IMG/VR virus record: IMGVR_UViG_3300043411_001113
Coordinates: 1-32,675 of that record
Origin: a virus
Taxonomy: Duplodnaviria; Caudoviricetes
Reading direction: 5' to 3' (one strand)
Length of the DNA: 32,675 nt
Positions 1 to 7,722 of the stretch are shown piece after piece. Under the pieces are notes generated by a model, which worked only from the letters and a program-made list of their open reading frames with translations, was not told the origin of the DNA and did not search any database. The position numbers and the translations under genes were made by a program. How positions within the stretch are numbered: the first letter of the stretch is position 1; each line of letters opens with the position of its first letter.

Positions 1-432
1 GGCCAGCCGATGCCGCCGGACATGGAGAACGCCTTCGCCCAGCAGACCGCGCAGGCCATGCAGGGCGTCGTCGCGAAGTTGAAGGCGATGGTTCCGCTGC
101 CTCCGGGCATGAACGACCCGGCGATGATCCAGGCGCAGACCAACGCCGAGGATATGAAGCTGAAGGACGAGCGGGAGCGCGAGAAGATCGCGATCCAGGC
201 GCGCACCGAGGACAAGAAACTCCTCGTCCAGCAGGCCGAGCACGCCGACGACGTGGCGCTCGAATACGAGAAGCTGACGGCGCAGGAGGACCAGAAGCAA
301 CTCGCGCTTGAGGCCCAGTTGCGCGAGGGCGTTGCCTCCCGGCACCAGCAATCGGCGATGCAGTCGCAGAAGCTGGGCGCCGATCAGGCCGCCCGGATGA
401 TGCACCAGACCCGGCAGGAGCAGCGGCCGTGA
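1..432 (+). CDS. Portal protein, C-terminal part (5' truncated)
   Basis: Frame is open from base 1; Q/E/K-rich coiled coil after a DP motif; lies upstream of the small gene-GroES-scaffold-capsid block. Confidence 0.55.
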   Translation, partial: GQPMPPDMENAFAQQTAQAMQGVVAKLKAMVPLPPGMNDPAMIQAQTNAEDMKLKDEREREKIAIQARTEDKKLLVQQAEHADDVALEYEKLTAQEDQKQLALEAQLREGVASRHQQSAMQSQKLGADQAARMMHQTRQEQRP

Positions 433-632
433 CGCCCGCCGACCACGTCATCGACCTGCTCAAGGTCAAGCTGTCCAAGAGCATCGACCAGACCCACCTC
501 CTGATCACGACGGGCGTGGATGATTTCGCCCGATACCGGGAACTGGTCGGAGAACTTCGCGCCTACAGCACCGCCCTGAAAGCCGCGAAGGAAGCCCTCA
601 AGGCGGTCACGGAAGGCCCCGAAGACGAATGA
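429..632 (+). CDS. Small conserved phage protein
   Basis: GTG start overlaps the previous stop; helical G..DFARYRELVG motif of the kind seen between portal and GroES in this phage type. Confidence 0.7.
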   Translation: MTPADHVIDLLKVKLSKSIDQTHLLITTGVDDFARYRELVGELRAYSTALKAAKEALKAVTEGPEDE

Positions 633-982
633 CCGCCGCCCCCATCCGCCCCTGCGGCTATCAGATTCTCGTGAAGATGCAGAAGGCCCACGCCAAGACC
701 CGCGGCGGCATCCTCCTGCCCGACGATTCCCGCGACGGGATGGAGATGAAATCCGCCCGCGGTCAGGTCGTGGCCATGGGCGCCGACGCCTACACCGGCA
801 ACCACGCCGACGGCTCACCCCGCTTCCCCAATGGCCCATACTGCAAGGCCGGCGATTGGGTGGAGTGGAATCGCTACCAGGAACGCCGCATCCACATCGG
901 CCCCGAGCGCGAGGAATACGCCTTCGTCCACGACGATCGCATCCTCGGCAACTGGGGCGAGACGGAGCCGGTGTCATACTGA
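629..982 (+). CDS. groES: Phage co-chaperonin GroES (Cpn10)
   Basis: IRPCGYQILVK, KTRGGILLPD, GQVVAMG, CKAGDWV and DDRILG match Cpn10 signatures. Confidence 0.9.
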   Translation: MTAAPIRPCGYQILVKMQKAHAKTRGGILLPDDSRDGMEMKSARGQVVAMGADAYTGNHADGSPRFPNGPYCKAGDWVEWNRYQERRIHIGPEREEYAFVHDDRILGNWGETEPVSY

Positions 983-1368
983 TGGCGATACCGCCCCTCG
1001 ACCTCAGCCAATGGCTGGATCGTCATGGCGATCTGCCATTGCCTCCGAACGCGCCGCTTTTTGACGCCCCGCAATGGCGCGGTGAAACCGCTGTCTGTTA
1101 CGCCCTTTCCAGGCCGCTTTCCGAGACATCGTTCATCGCCGCGGTCAGGCAGACAATGGCCGACTTGTGGGACGCCGTCCACAAACGGCTCGACGCCATC
1201 GACGTGGCTCGGGATTGCAACGTCGCGCTCCCGGCCATCCGGTTCCACAATAGCCCCGAAGGCTACCGGCTTCGCGCTCAGACCATGATCACTTGGTCGG
1301 GTCCCGTCGAAGCCCCCGCCAATGCGGACGCCAACGGCGAATTCGAGATCGATCTCGCCACCGACTAG
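982..1368 (+). CDS. Hypothetical protein (128 aa)
   Basis: ATG at 982 overlaps the groES stop (TGATG); fills the gap before the scaffold gene. Confidence 0.6.
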   Translation: MAIPPLDLSQWLDRHGDLPLPPNAPLFDAPQWRGETAVCYALSRPLSETSFIAAVRQTMADLWDAVHKRLDAIDVARDCNVALPAIRFHNSPEGYRLRAQTMITWSGPVEAPANADANGEFEIDLATD

Positions 1369-1415
1369 CGGCCTAGCCGGACCGCATCATCCGGCCAACT
1401 CCAAAGGCACCAGCA

Positions 1416-2429
1416 TTGAGCGATTTCGAACGGAAGGATGACCTTCCGGCGGGGAACGATTCCGTCGTTCCGCCCGGCAGTGACTCCGACGCGGACGGTG
1501 AATTCGAGATCATCGTCTCCGACGACCCGCCAGCCGGCCAGAAAACGCCTGTGGAGGGCGCGGACGGCGTATCCGGGGCCGATGACGGCCCGCAGGACGA
1601 CGACCCGCAGGACCCCGCCCAGGGCGCCGACGAACAGGCCGGCCCGAAAAGCCGATCAGCCCGTGTCCGCGCCCGGTATCGCCAGGAACGCGACCAGGCC
1701 ATCGCCGCCGCGCAGGTCATGGGGCAGCAGCTCCAGCAGCTTGCGGCCGAGCGCAACATGCTGGCGCAGGCCCGGGCACAGGCCGAGGCGCAGGCGGTCG
1801 AGAACCGCTATCACTACCTCGAATCCATCCGGCAGCAGATGGCCGGGGCCAAGAAGCAGGCCATGGACGAGGGCCGGTCGGACATCATCGCGGACATCGA
1901 CAGCCGCATGATGCAACTCGGCCCCGAACTGCATCAGATCCAGCAGCGCCGGGCGATGATCCACCAGCAGCGGCCCCAGATGCCGCCGCAGATGATGCCG
2001 CAGCAGCCCCCGCAGATGATGCAGCGCCCGGCACCGGCCCGGCTGCACGAGGCGGCCGAGAAGTGGGCCAACGCGCAGACCGGGTGGCTCAACGCCGACC
2101 CGTCGCGACTGGCGGACGCCCGCAACATCGCCCAGCGCCTCGAACAGCAGGGCTACCAGCCCGACGAGCCCGAATACTACGACAAGCTGAATTCGGCGCT
2201 CACGGCGATCCACACCGATTTCCGCCCCGTCAACCCGGTTCGCCCGGGTGGGGCGACGCGAAGCGCCGGCTCCGCTGTGGCCGGCGTCACCCGTTCCTCA
2301 CCGGCTGTTGCCCGACAGAACAGGCAGGTCACGCTCACTCCCGACGAGATGGCCTTCTGCGAACGGAACAACATCAACCCGAAGTCCTACGCGCGCGAGA
2401 AAGTCGCGACGTCGAGCAGCGGGCGGTGA
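1416..2429 (+). CDS. Capsid scaffolding protein
   Basis: Acidic disordered N-terminus, central coiled coil, C-terminal LTPDEMAFCERNNINPKSYAREK helix pair; upstream of capsid gene; TTG start uncertain. Confidence 0.65.
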   Translation: MSDFERKDDLPAGNDSVVPPGSDSDADGEFEIIVSDDPPAGQKTPVEGADGVSGADDGPQDDDPQDPAQGADEQAGPKSRSARVRARYRQERDQAIAAAQVMGQQLQQLAAERNMLAQARAQAEAQAVENRYHYLESIRQQMAGAKKQAMDEGRSDIIADIDSRMMQLGPELHQIQQRRAMIHQQRPQMPPQMMPQQPPQMMQRPAPARLHEAAEKWANAQTGWLNADPSRLADARNIAQRLEQQGYQPDEPEYYDKLNSALTAIHTDFRPVNPVRPGGATRSAGSAVAGVTRSSPAVARQNRQVTLTPDEMAFCERNNINPKSYAREKVATSSSGR

Positions 2430-2437
2430 AGGAGAGC

Positions 2438-2944
2438 ATGATGAAGCAGCGTGACGAGCGGTCCCTGACGGATCGCACGATGTCCGACCGCGAAGCGATG
2501 GAACTCGACGAGGTTCTGTTCCGCGATCCCAACAATCTCACGGCGTTCACCCCTCCGGCCCGCGCGGGCGAGCACTTGCACTGGGTCCGGAAGACGCCGA
2601 CCGATGAAGGCGCGTATCGCTCGCGGGTGGCCCAGGGCTACCGGGCGGTGCGCTATTCGGACTATCCCGAGTTTCCGCCGTACAAGAACCTGATCGCAGC
2701 CGCCGCAGTGCAGCCCGACGAAACCATCATGCACAAGGATGATCTCATCCTGATGATGTGTTCCGAGCGCTACGCGGTCCAGCGCGGCAGGCATTACGGG
2801 GAACTCGCCCACCGGCAGAATGTCGGCGCCCACCAGGCGTCGGAAATCCCGCAGATGCGGGCCATGCCGCTGACGGATGCGTCCGAATCCTCGACCACTC
2901 TCCAGCGCGTCCGACGCCCGAGGGAAGCATCCTTCGGGGAGTAA
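2438..2944 (+). CDS. Conserved head-module phage protein
   Basis: SD AAGGAG before ATG 2438; PP..G..HWVR...R..QGY..V...DYPEF motif. Confidence 0.7.
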   Translation: MMKQRDERSLTDRTMSDREAMELDEVLFRDPNNLTAFTPPARAGEHLHWVRKTPTDEGAYRSRVAQGYRAVRYSDYPEFPPYKNLIAAAAVQPDETIMHKDDLILMMCSERYAVQRGRHYGELAHRQNVGAHQASEIPQMRAMPLTDASESSTTLQRVRRPREASFGE

Positions 2945-2971
2945 CGCTGCTCGCCCCGTTCCTGTCTCGAC

Positions 2972-2998
2972 GCGCTCCACCCAATAGCGATGGAGCGC
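2972..2998 (+). promoter_or_regulatory. Hairpin sequestering the SD of the gene at 3003
   Basis: GCGCTCCA (2972-2979) pairs with TGGAGCGC (2991-2998), which contains GGAG. Confidence 0.4.
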
Positions 2999-3002
2999 CA
3001 CA

Positions 3003-3584
3003 ATGGCGAACACCGACGCACCCAAGGGAGCGGTGCCGATCAAGCACCTCGACGGCTCCCCGTGGAACGGTGCTCTCAACGAGTACCTGATCGCCTCGGC
3101 CTACAACACCACGATCTACTTCGGCGACTTCGTGAAGATGACGGCCACCGGCAAGATCGAACTCGCCGCGGCCGGCGACACGACCAATCTCGGGTCCTTC
3201 CAGGGCGTCAACTACCGCAATTCCAGCGGCGAAGTGGTGTTCTCGAAGTACTGGCCGGCGTCGACTGCGACGTTCAACTCGGAGGATGCCAAGGCGCTGG
3301 TCGTGGACCAGCCCGACGTCATCTTCGAGATGCAGATGGACAGCGACGGCGCGACGCCGTCGCAGGCGGACATCGGCACCAACGCCGATTTCGTCTCGAC
3401 GCACACGGGCTCCACCCTGACCGGTCTCAGCAAGATGGAGGTCGACACCTCCACCTGCACCACGGCCACGGCCAACCTCCGCATCCTCCGCTTCGTCCCG
3501 AAGCCGGACAACGCGGTCGGCGCCTACGCCAAGGTCGAAGTGCTCATCAACGAGCATTTCTACAAGACCACGACCGGCATCTGA
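3003..3584 (+). CDS. Putative capsid decoration/cement protein
   Basis: Beta-rich 193 aa ORF (MANTDAPKG..P, IYFGD.V) immediately upstream of the capsid gene. Confidence 0.6.
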   Translation: MANTDAPKGAVPIKHLDGSPWNGALNEYLIASAYNTTIYFGDFVKMTATGKIELAAAGDTTNLGSFQGVNYRNSSGEVVFSKYWPASTATFNSEDAKALVVDQPDVIFEMQMDSDGATPSQADIGTNADFVSTHTGSTLTGLSKMEVDTSTCTTATANLRILRFVPKPDNAVGAYAKVEVLINEHFYKTTTGI

Positions 3585-3600
3585 CGGGGAGGGCTGACAG

Positions 3601-4503
3601 ATGGCAATCAATCGCGCGCTTATCGCGAAGCAGCTCGTCCCCGGCATCAATGCGCTGTTCGGCGACAGCTACAACGCGGTGCCCAAGACCTGGGACCGCA
3701 TCTTCCAGTCCCTGTCCTCGGACCGGGCCTACGAAGAGGACATCAAGCTCGGTGCTCCGGGCCTCGCCGCCGACAAGGCGGAAGGCTCGTCCGTCTCCTA
3801 CGAGCAGTGGGGTGAGGAATACACCGTTCGCTACCAGCACACGACGGTGGCGAAGGGCTTCATCATCACCGAAGAGGCGATGGAGGACAATCTCTACGAG
3901 CGGGGCGCGATGCGCTACGCCCGGGCGATCGGCCGGTCCATGGCCATCACCAAGGAGATCAAGGGCGCCGCGATCCTCAACAACGCCTTCACCGCCGGGT
4001 CCTATGCCGGTGGCGACGGTGTCGCGCTGTGCTCGGCCTCGCACCCGGTCGGCAGCTACACCAACTCCAACACGGCCGCCGTCGACCTCAGCGAGTCCGC
4101 GCTGGACGCGATGTATGTCGGGCTGTCGTCGTGGGTGGATTCGGGCGGGAAGCTGTTCGCGGCCCGGCCGAACATGCTGGTCATCCCGCCGTCCCTGATG
4201 TCGACGGCGGAACGGCTGCTCAAGACCCAGCTTCGGGTCGACACGGCCAACAACGACGTCAACTTCCTGGTCACGTCGAACATGCTGCCGGACGGCTACA
4301 TGGTCAACCAGTGGCTGACCGACCCCGACGCGTGCTTCATCAAGACGGACGTCGACCACTCGCTCATCCACTTCAAGCGCTCCGGCATGAAGAAGCGGAT
4401 GACGGAGGACGAGGACACCTTCTCGATGAAGGTGAACTTCTCCGAGCGGTACACGTTCGGCTTCTCCGATCCCCTCGGCATCTACGGCTTCTCGGGAGCC
4501 TGA
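3601..4503 (+). CDS. Major capsid protein (HK97 fold)
   Basis: MAINRA..KQLVPG.NALFG..Y, SDRAYEE, ITEEAMEDNLY, GGDGVAL.SASHP and ERY.FG.SDP.G.YG motifs. Confidence 0.9.
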   Translation: MAINRALIAKQLVPGINALFGDSYNAVPKTWDRIFQSLSSDRAYEEDIKLGAPGLAADKAEGSSVSYEQWGEEYTVRYQHTTVAKGFIITEEAMEDNLYERGAMRYARAIGRSMAITKEIKGAAILNNAFTAGSYAGGDGVALCSASHPVGSYTNSNTAAVDLSESALDAMYVGLSSWVDSGGKLFAARPNMLVIPPSLMSTAERLLKTQLRVDTANNDVNFLVTSNMLPDGYMVNQWLTDPDACFIKTDVDHSLIHFKRSGMKKRMTEDEDTFSMKVNFSERYTFGFSDPLGIYGFSGA

Positions 4504-4510
4504 CGACAGC

Positions 4511-4536
4511 GGGCGGGCCTTCGGGCTCGCCCCCTT
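4511..4536 (+). terminator. GC hairpin with UUCG loop after the capsid gene (terminator or stabiliser)
   Basis: GGGCGGGCC-TTCG-GGCTCGCCC; only a weak U tract follows. Confidence 0.45.
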
Positions 4537-4561
4537 CGCCAACGAAAGGGGGACCTGACCA

Positions 4562-5245
4562 ATGCCGCACGTTACCCATATCTCCGACCTGCGGATCGGC
4601 CGCGGCGAGGGCAAGGGCACCCGGTACGGTGTCCGCGGCCTCGATGTCGTGGTCGGCCAGCGCTACACCATCACGCCGACCGCCATCGTCACCGGTGCGG
4701 TCTGCGCAACCCAGTCGGCCGCCGCCGCCGGCAACCTCACCATCAACGGCACGCTCGCCTCGGGTGGTGTGGCGACCCTCGACGTTCCTCGCGCGGTCAC
4801 CGTCACCTCGACGGGCAACGACAGCACGGTGAACGTCACGATCTACGGGACCGACGTCTACGGGAAGTCCCTGGTCTGGTCGACCGCCGGCCCGAACGCC
4901 TCGTTCACGACGAGCGCCAAGGCGTTCAAGACCGTGACGCGGGTGGCCGTGGATACCGCCGTGGTGTCGACGCTGATCGCGATCGGCACCGGCGACCGCT
5001 TCGGCTTCCCGCTGAAGGTCGCCAAGCGGTCGGACGTCCAGGTGTTCTGGGACAACGCGCTCATCACCACGAACTCGGGGTTCTCGGTCGCCGATGCGAC
5101 GGGGTCCGCGAAGTCGGGTGACGTACGCGGGACGTACTCGACGCAGTCCGCGGCGAACGCGTCCCGTGTCCTGGACATGGTCATCTTCTCGGCCGACCCG
5201 GACACCTCGGACGGCCTGTACGGCACCGACCAGTACTCGGGCTGA
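4562..5245 (+). CDS. Putative virion (head fibre/decoration) protein
   Basis: T/V/S/G-rich beta protein directly after the capsid gene; AGNLTINGTLASGG...GPNA...FKTVT domain. Confidence 0.6.
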   Translation: MPHVTHISDLRIGRGEGKGTRYGVRGLDVVVGQRYTITPTAIVTGAVCATQSAAAAGNLTINGTLASGGVATLDVPRAVTVTSTGNDSTVNVTIYGTDVYGKSLVWSTAGPNASFTTSAKAFKTVTRVAVDTAVVSTLIAIGTGDRFGFPLKVAKRSDVQVFWDNALITTNSGFSVADATGSAKSGDVRGTYSTQSAANASRVLDMVIFSADPDTSDGLYGTDQYSG

Positions 5246-5248
5246 TAG

Positions 5249-5286
5249 GGGAGGGCTGTCCGCTCGGGCGGCCCTTCCTCCTTCTT
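5249..5286 (+). terminator. Intergenic hairpin, possible terminator
   Basis: 13-bp stem (5249-5261/5266-5278, with GU pairs) followed by TCCTTCTT. Confidence 0.45.
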
Positions 5287-5299
5287 CGGAGACCATCCC

Positions 5300-5584
5300 A
5301 TGTCCTACGCCGGCCATGTCAACGCGACGCGTGTCGCGGCGTCCACGGTTGCGGTCTCGCGCTTCTGCGACCTTCTCGCCGTGCAGTACGCCTATGGCGC
5401 CACGGCGGGCGTCGTGACGATCCGCGACGGCGCGGTCAGCGCCACGGTACTGTTGCAGATTTCGACCCCGGCGTCCGTGGGGGCAGGGGAGCTGTATCTC
5501 CCCGGCCAGGGCATCCGCGCCGATACCGGGCTGTACGTCGACCTCGGGAACGGGGCGACCGGGGTCACTGTGATTTTCGCCTGA
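5300..5584 (+). CDS. Small beta-rich virion protein
   Basis: SD GGAG; LPGQGIRADTGLYV motif common in phage head-module small proteins. Confidence 0.65.
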   Translation: MSYAGHVNATRVAASTVAVSRFCDLLAVQYAYGATAGVVTIRDGAVSATVLLQISTPASVGAGELYLPGQGIRADTGLYVDLGNGATGVTVIFA

Positions 5585-5592
5585 CGAGAGGG

Positions 5593-6135
5593 TTAGTCCA
5601 TCCAAGCCCATCGCTTCCGGTGGATGATCATGCTGACGGCGGAATGCGATACGCCGAACAGCCGCGCCAAGTCCGTGCACCGCCGCCGCCCTGAATCGTA
5701 TTCGCGGCGTATCCACCGAACCTCGCTATCGCTCAACTTGTGCATTTTCTGGTTGGTGCCGCGTTGGGCGCGCCCAAGACGGATTGCGTCAGTCCCACGG
5801 TTTTCCTTCTGCGTCGCCCATCGCAAGTTGCCCAGTTCGTTATTGGTCCTGTCCCCGTCCCAATGAGCGACCTCATATTTCGGCCCTGGGCGAGGCCCGT
5901 GGAACGCAGTGCAAACCAAGACGTGCACATGCACGCGCCGGCGTTCCCCGCCGGTTCGGTATAACATTGCTTGCTTGTATCCCGTGCCGTCGGGGCCGGG
6001 GGAAAGAACGCGGCCAGGACGCGTTGCGTGGCTCGGCGGGCTGTCAATTGAGCGCCGCAAGCGCCCCAAATTGCTGACCTCGTAAGGCCAGCCTTCCACC
6101 GGACGCCATTCTTCGGGTATGGAATCAGAAGCCAT
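5593..6135 (-). CDS. NUMOD4-HNH homing endonuclease with C-terminal HTH (HNH-1)
   Basis: EEWRPVEGW.YEVSN.GR (NUMOD4), VH.LV..AF, AHWDGDRTNN..NLRWAT..EN (HNH), KLS..EV..IR...LARLFGVS (HTH); start placed at the ATG following GGAG. Confidence 0.9.
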   Translation of the reverse strand: MASDSIPEEWRPVEGWPYEVSNLGRLRRSIDSPPSHATRPGRVLSPGPDGTGYKQAMLYRTGGERRRVHVHVLVCTAFHGPRPGPKYEVAHWDGDRTNNELGNLRWATQKENRGTDAIRLGRAQRGTNQKMHKLSDSEVRWIRREYDSGRRRCTDLARLFGVSHSAVSMIIHRKRWAWMD

Positions 6136-6200
6136 CGCGGTCATGCTCCACATGACGGTTGGTCAGAAGCCGACGCAGCGCTCCAACGCTCGTCGGCTTC
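6136..6200 (-). promoter_or_regulatory. Structured 5' leader of HNH-1
   Basis: Hairpin 6166-6200 (10-bp plus 4-bp stems, loop UUGGAG), then UGACC, then hairpin GUCAUG-UGGAG-CAUGAC (6140-6156) holding the SD. Confidence 0.7.
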
Positions 6201-6203
6201 GCT

Positions 6204-6234
6204 ATTTGTAGCACGAAAAGAACATTACGCGAAC
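6204..6234 (-). promoter_or_regulatory. Promoter of HNH-1 with alphaproteobacterial LexA box
   Basis: GAAC-ATTACGC-GAAC at 6220-6234; extended -10-like TGCTACAAAT on the minus strand at 6204-6213. Confidence 0.75.
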
Positions 6235-6249
6235 GGAAAGGATGCTCTC

Positions 6250-6942
6250 ATGTCCACGTCCGGCCTCCGCGTCTTCACAATGGATTTCAGCGAAGTGATG
6301 GACGACGCCATCGCCATGACCGGGGGCGAGCCGGGCGATGCGTTCCTGCACAAGTACGGCCGCCGCGCCGCCAACCGCATCCTGACGGACTGGGCCAACC
6401 GGTCGCTCAACTTGTGGCAGATGGTCTCCACGACCATGGTCCTGTCGGCCGGGGTCTCGACCTACGCCCTGCCCGACGACTGCCTCGATGTGACCGAGGT
6501 TCAGTTCCGCGACGACAGTTCCGGCGACAACGTCGACCTCACCATGGGGCGGCTGTCGCGGTCGGAATACGCGGCACTCTCGAACAAGGAAACCGCGGGC
6601 CGGCCGTCGTCCTACGTCGTGCTGCGGGAACTCGACAACGCCCGCATCATCGTCTGGCCGGAGCCCGACACGTCGTCTGCCGAAGCTCTTTACTACTGGT
6701 ACATCCAGAAGAACCAGGACGTGACATCGGCGGCCGAGAACATCGGCGTGCCCGACCGGTTCCTCCCCGCGTTCGTCGCCGGCGTGGCCTACGAGTTGGG
6801 GAAGGTCCGCCCCACGGTCGACGGCGGGAAACTCCAATACCTGAAGCAGGAATACATGGACCTGCTGATGCGCGCGCAGAACGAGGACCGCGAGCGCACG
6901 CCGACCCGCATCTACCCCGACCTGTCGGGCTACTGGCGATGA
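6250..6942 (+). CDS. Head-tail adaptor/neck protein
   Basis: STSG...F..DF.E...DA, RR..N..L.DWANR.LNLW, GRPSSY, VWP.PD and VP.RF.P motifs. Confidence 0.7.
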   Translation: MSTSGLRVFTMDFSEVMDDAIAMTGGEPGDAFLHKYGRRAANRILTDWANRSLNLWQMVSTTMVLSAGVSTYALPDDCLDVTEVQFRDDSSGDNVDLTMGRLSRSEYAALSNKETAGRPSSYVVLRELDNARIIVWPEPDTSSAEALYYWYIQKNQDVTSAAENIGVPDRFLPAFVAGVAYELGKVRPTVDGGKLQYLKQEYMDLLMRAQNEDRERTPTRIYPDLSGYWR

Positions 6943-7157
6943 TGTTCCGCGGGCCGAAGGCCGAATGCGACCGCTGCGGCGGCGAGTTCCGACACTACGA
7001 ACTGCACAAGCAGCAGCAGGCTTCCGAGCGCGCCCTGACGTGGACCGGCTGGCTGGTCTGCGCCGACTGCCTGGACAAGGTCGACATCAAGTTCGTCAAC
7101 CCGCCGCTGGGCGATCCCTATCCGATCTTCCCCCCGAACTACGGCAAGACGCGATGA
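6939..7157 (+). CDS. Small zinc-ribbon neck protein (72 aa)
   Basis: ATGA overlap at 6939; CDRC...WTG.LVCADC...DP. Confidence 0.75.
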   Translation: MMFRGPKAECDRCGGEFRHYELHKQQQASERALTWTGWLVCADCLDKVDIKFVNPPLGDPYPIFPPNYGKTR

Positions 7158-7336
7158 CGAAGATGGTTGTCCCGGCGAACGCCAGGCAGGCGTCGATCCG
7201 GGCCACGGTGATCCGTGCCGATGGGCGCGTCGAGCATCTGGGCGTCATCGCCTTCTACCACCGCAATCCGCTCTACCGCTGGGCCTACAGGGTCCGCCGC
7301 ACCATCAAGAGGATGCTGCCATGGCGACAGTCGTAA
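7154..7336 (+). CDS. Small basic protein (60 aa)
   Basis: ATGA overlap at 7154; beta-hairpin-like IRATVIRADGRVEHLG. Confidence 0.55.
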   Translation: MTKMVVPANARQASIRATVIRADGRVEHLGVIAFYHRNPLYRWAYRVRRTIKRMLPWRQS

Positions 7337-7716
7337 CCACCGCCGGCCGCGCCGTTGCGGTCCAGCGGGTTCTGGGCGCGGGCACAACCCCCGCATACAT
7401 CGGCTGGGGCACGGGGGCGGGCACCGCCTCGACAGGGGCGACGTCGCTCTACACGGAGAAGGCGGCGGACCTGTCCACGGGCACCGGCACCCGCATCACG
7501 GGGGCCACGTCGGCGATTTCCGGCGCCGTCACCGGCGACACCTACCGGGTGACGGGGACCTACACGGCCTCGGGCGCGGGCACCGTGACCAACGCCGGGC
7601 TGTTCGATGCCGCCACGATCACCGCCGGGAACCTGTTCATGTATGGCGATTTCACCGGGATCGGGCTCGCCTCGAACGATGCCATCGCCTTCACCATCGA
7701 CGTCATGTTCGGCTGA
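7321..7716 (+). CDS. Putative fibre subunit (single beta-sandwich)
   Basis: VVTTAG..., YIGWGTG, VTNAGLFDA, GNLF..GDF and D.I.FT motifs typical of small phage tail/neck fibre proteins. Confidence 0.7.
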   Translation: MATVVTTAGRAVAVQRVLGAGTTPAYIGWGTGAGTASTGATSLYTEKAADLSTGTGTRITGATSAISGAVTGDTYRVTGTYTASGAGTVTNAGLFDAATITAGNLFMYGDFTGIGLASNDAIAFTIDVMFG

Positions 7717-7722
7717 TGACGG

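Noticed and set aside
1960-2030. QQRPQMPPQMMPQQPPQMMQ quasi-repeat
   Set aside because: Low-complexity linker within the scaffold; no sign of a DNA-level repeat element
5593-6234. HNH genes as group I intron ORFs or as IscB/HEARO RNA-guided nucleases
   Set aside because: They are intergenic, two are antisense to the operon, no RuvC or PLMP motifs are visible, and the ~65-nt leaders are too short for an intron core or omega-RNA
6159-6938. 5' extension of the 332-aa ORF 6159-7157
   Set aside because: Overlaps the adaptor gene in another frame; only the part from ATG 6939 looks like a real protein
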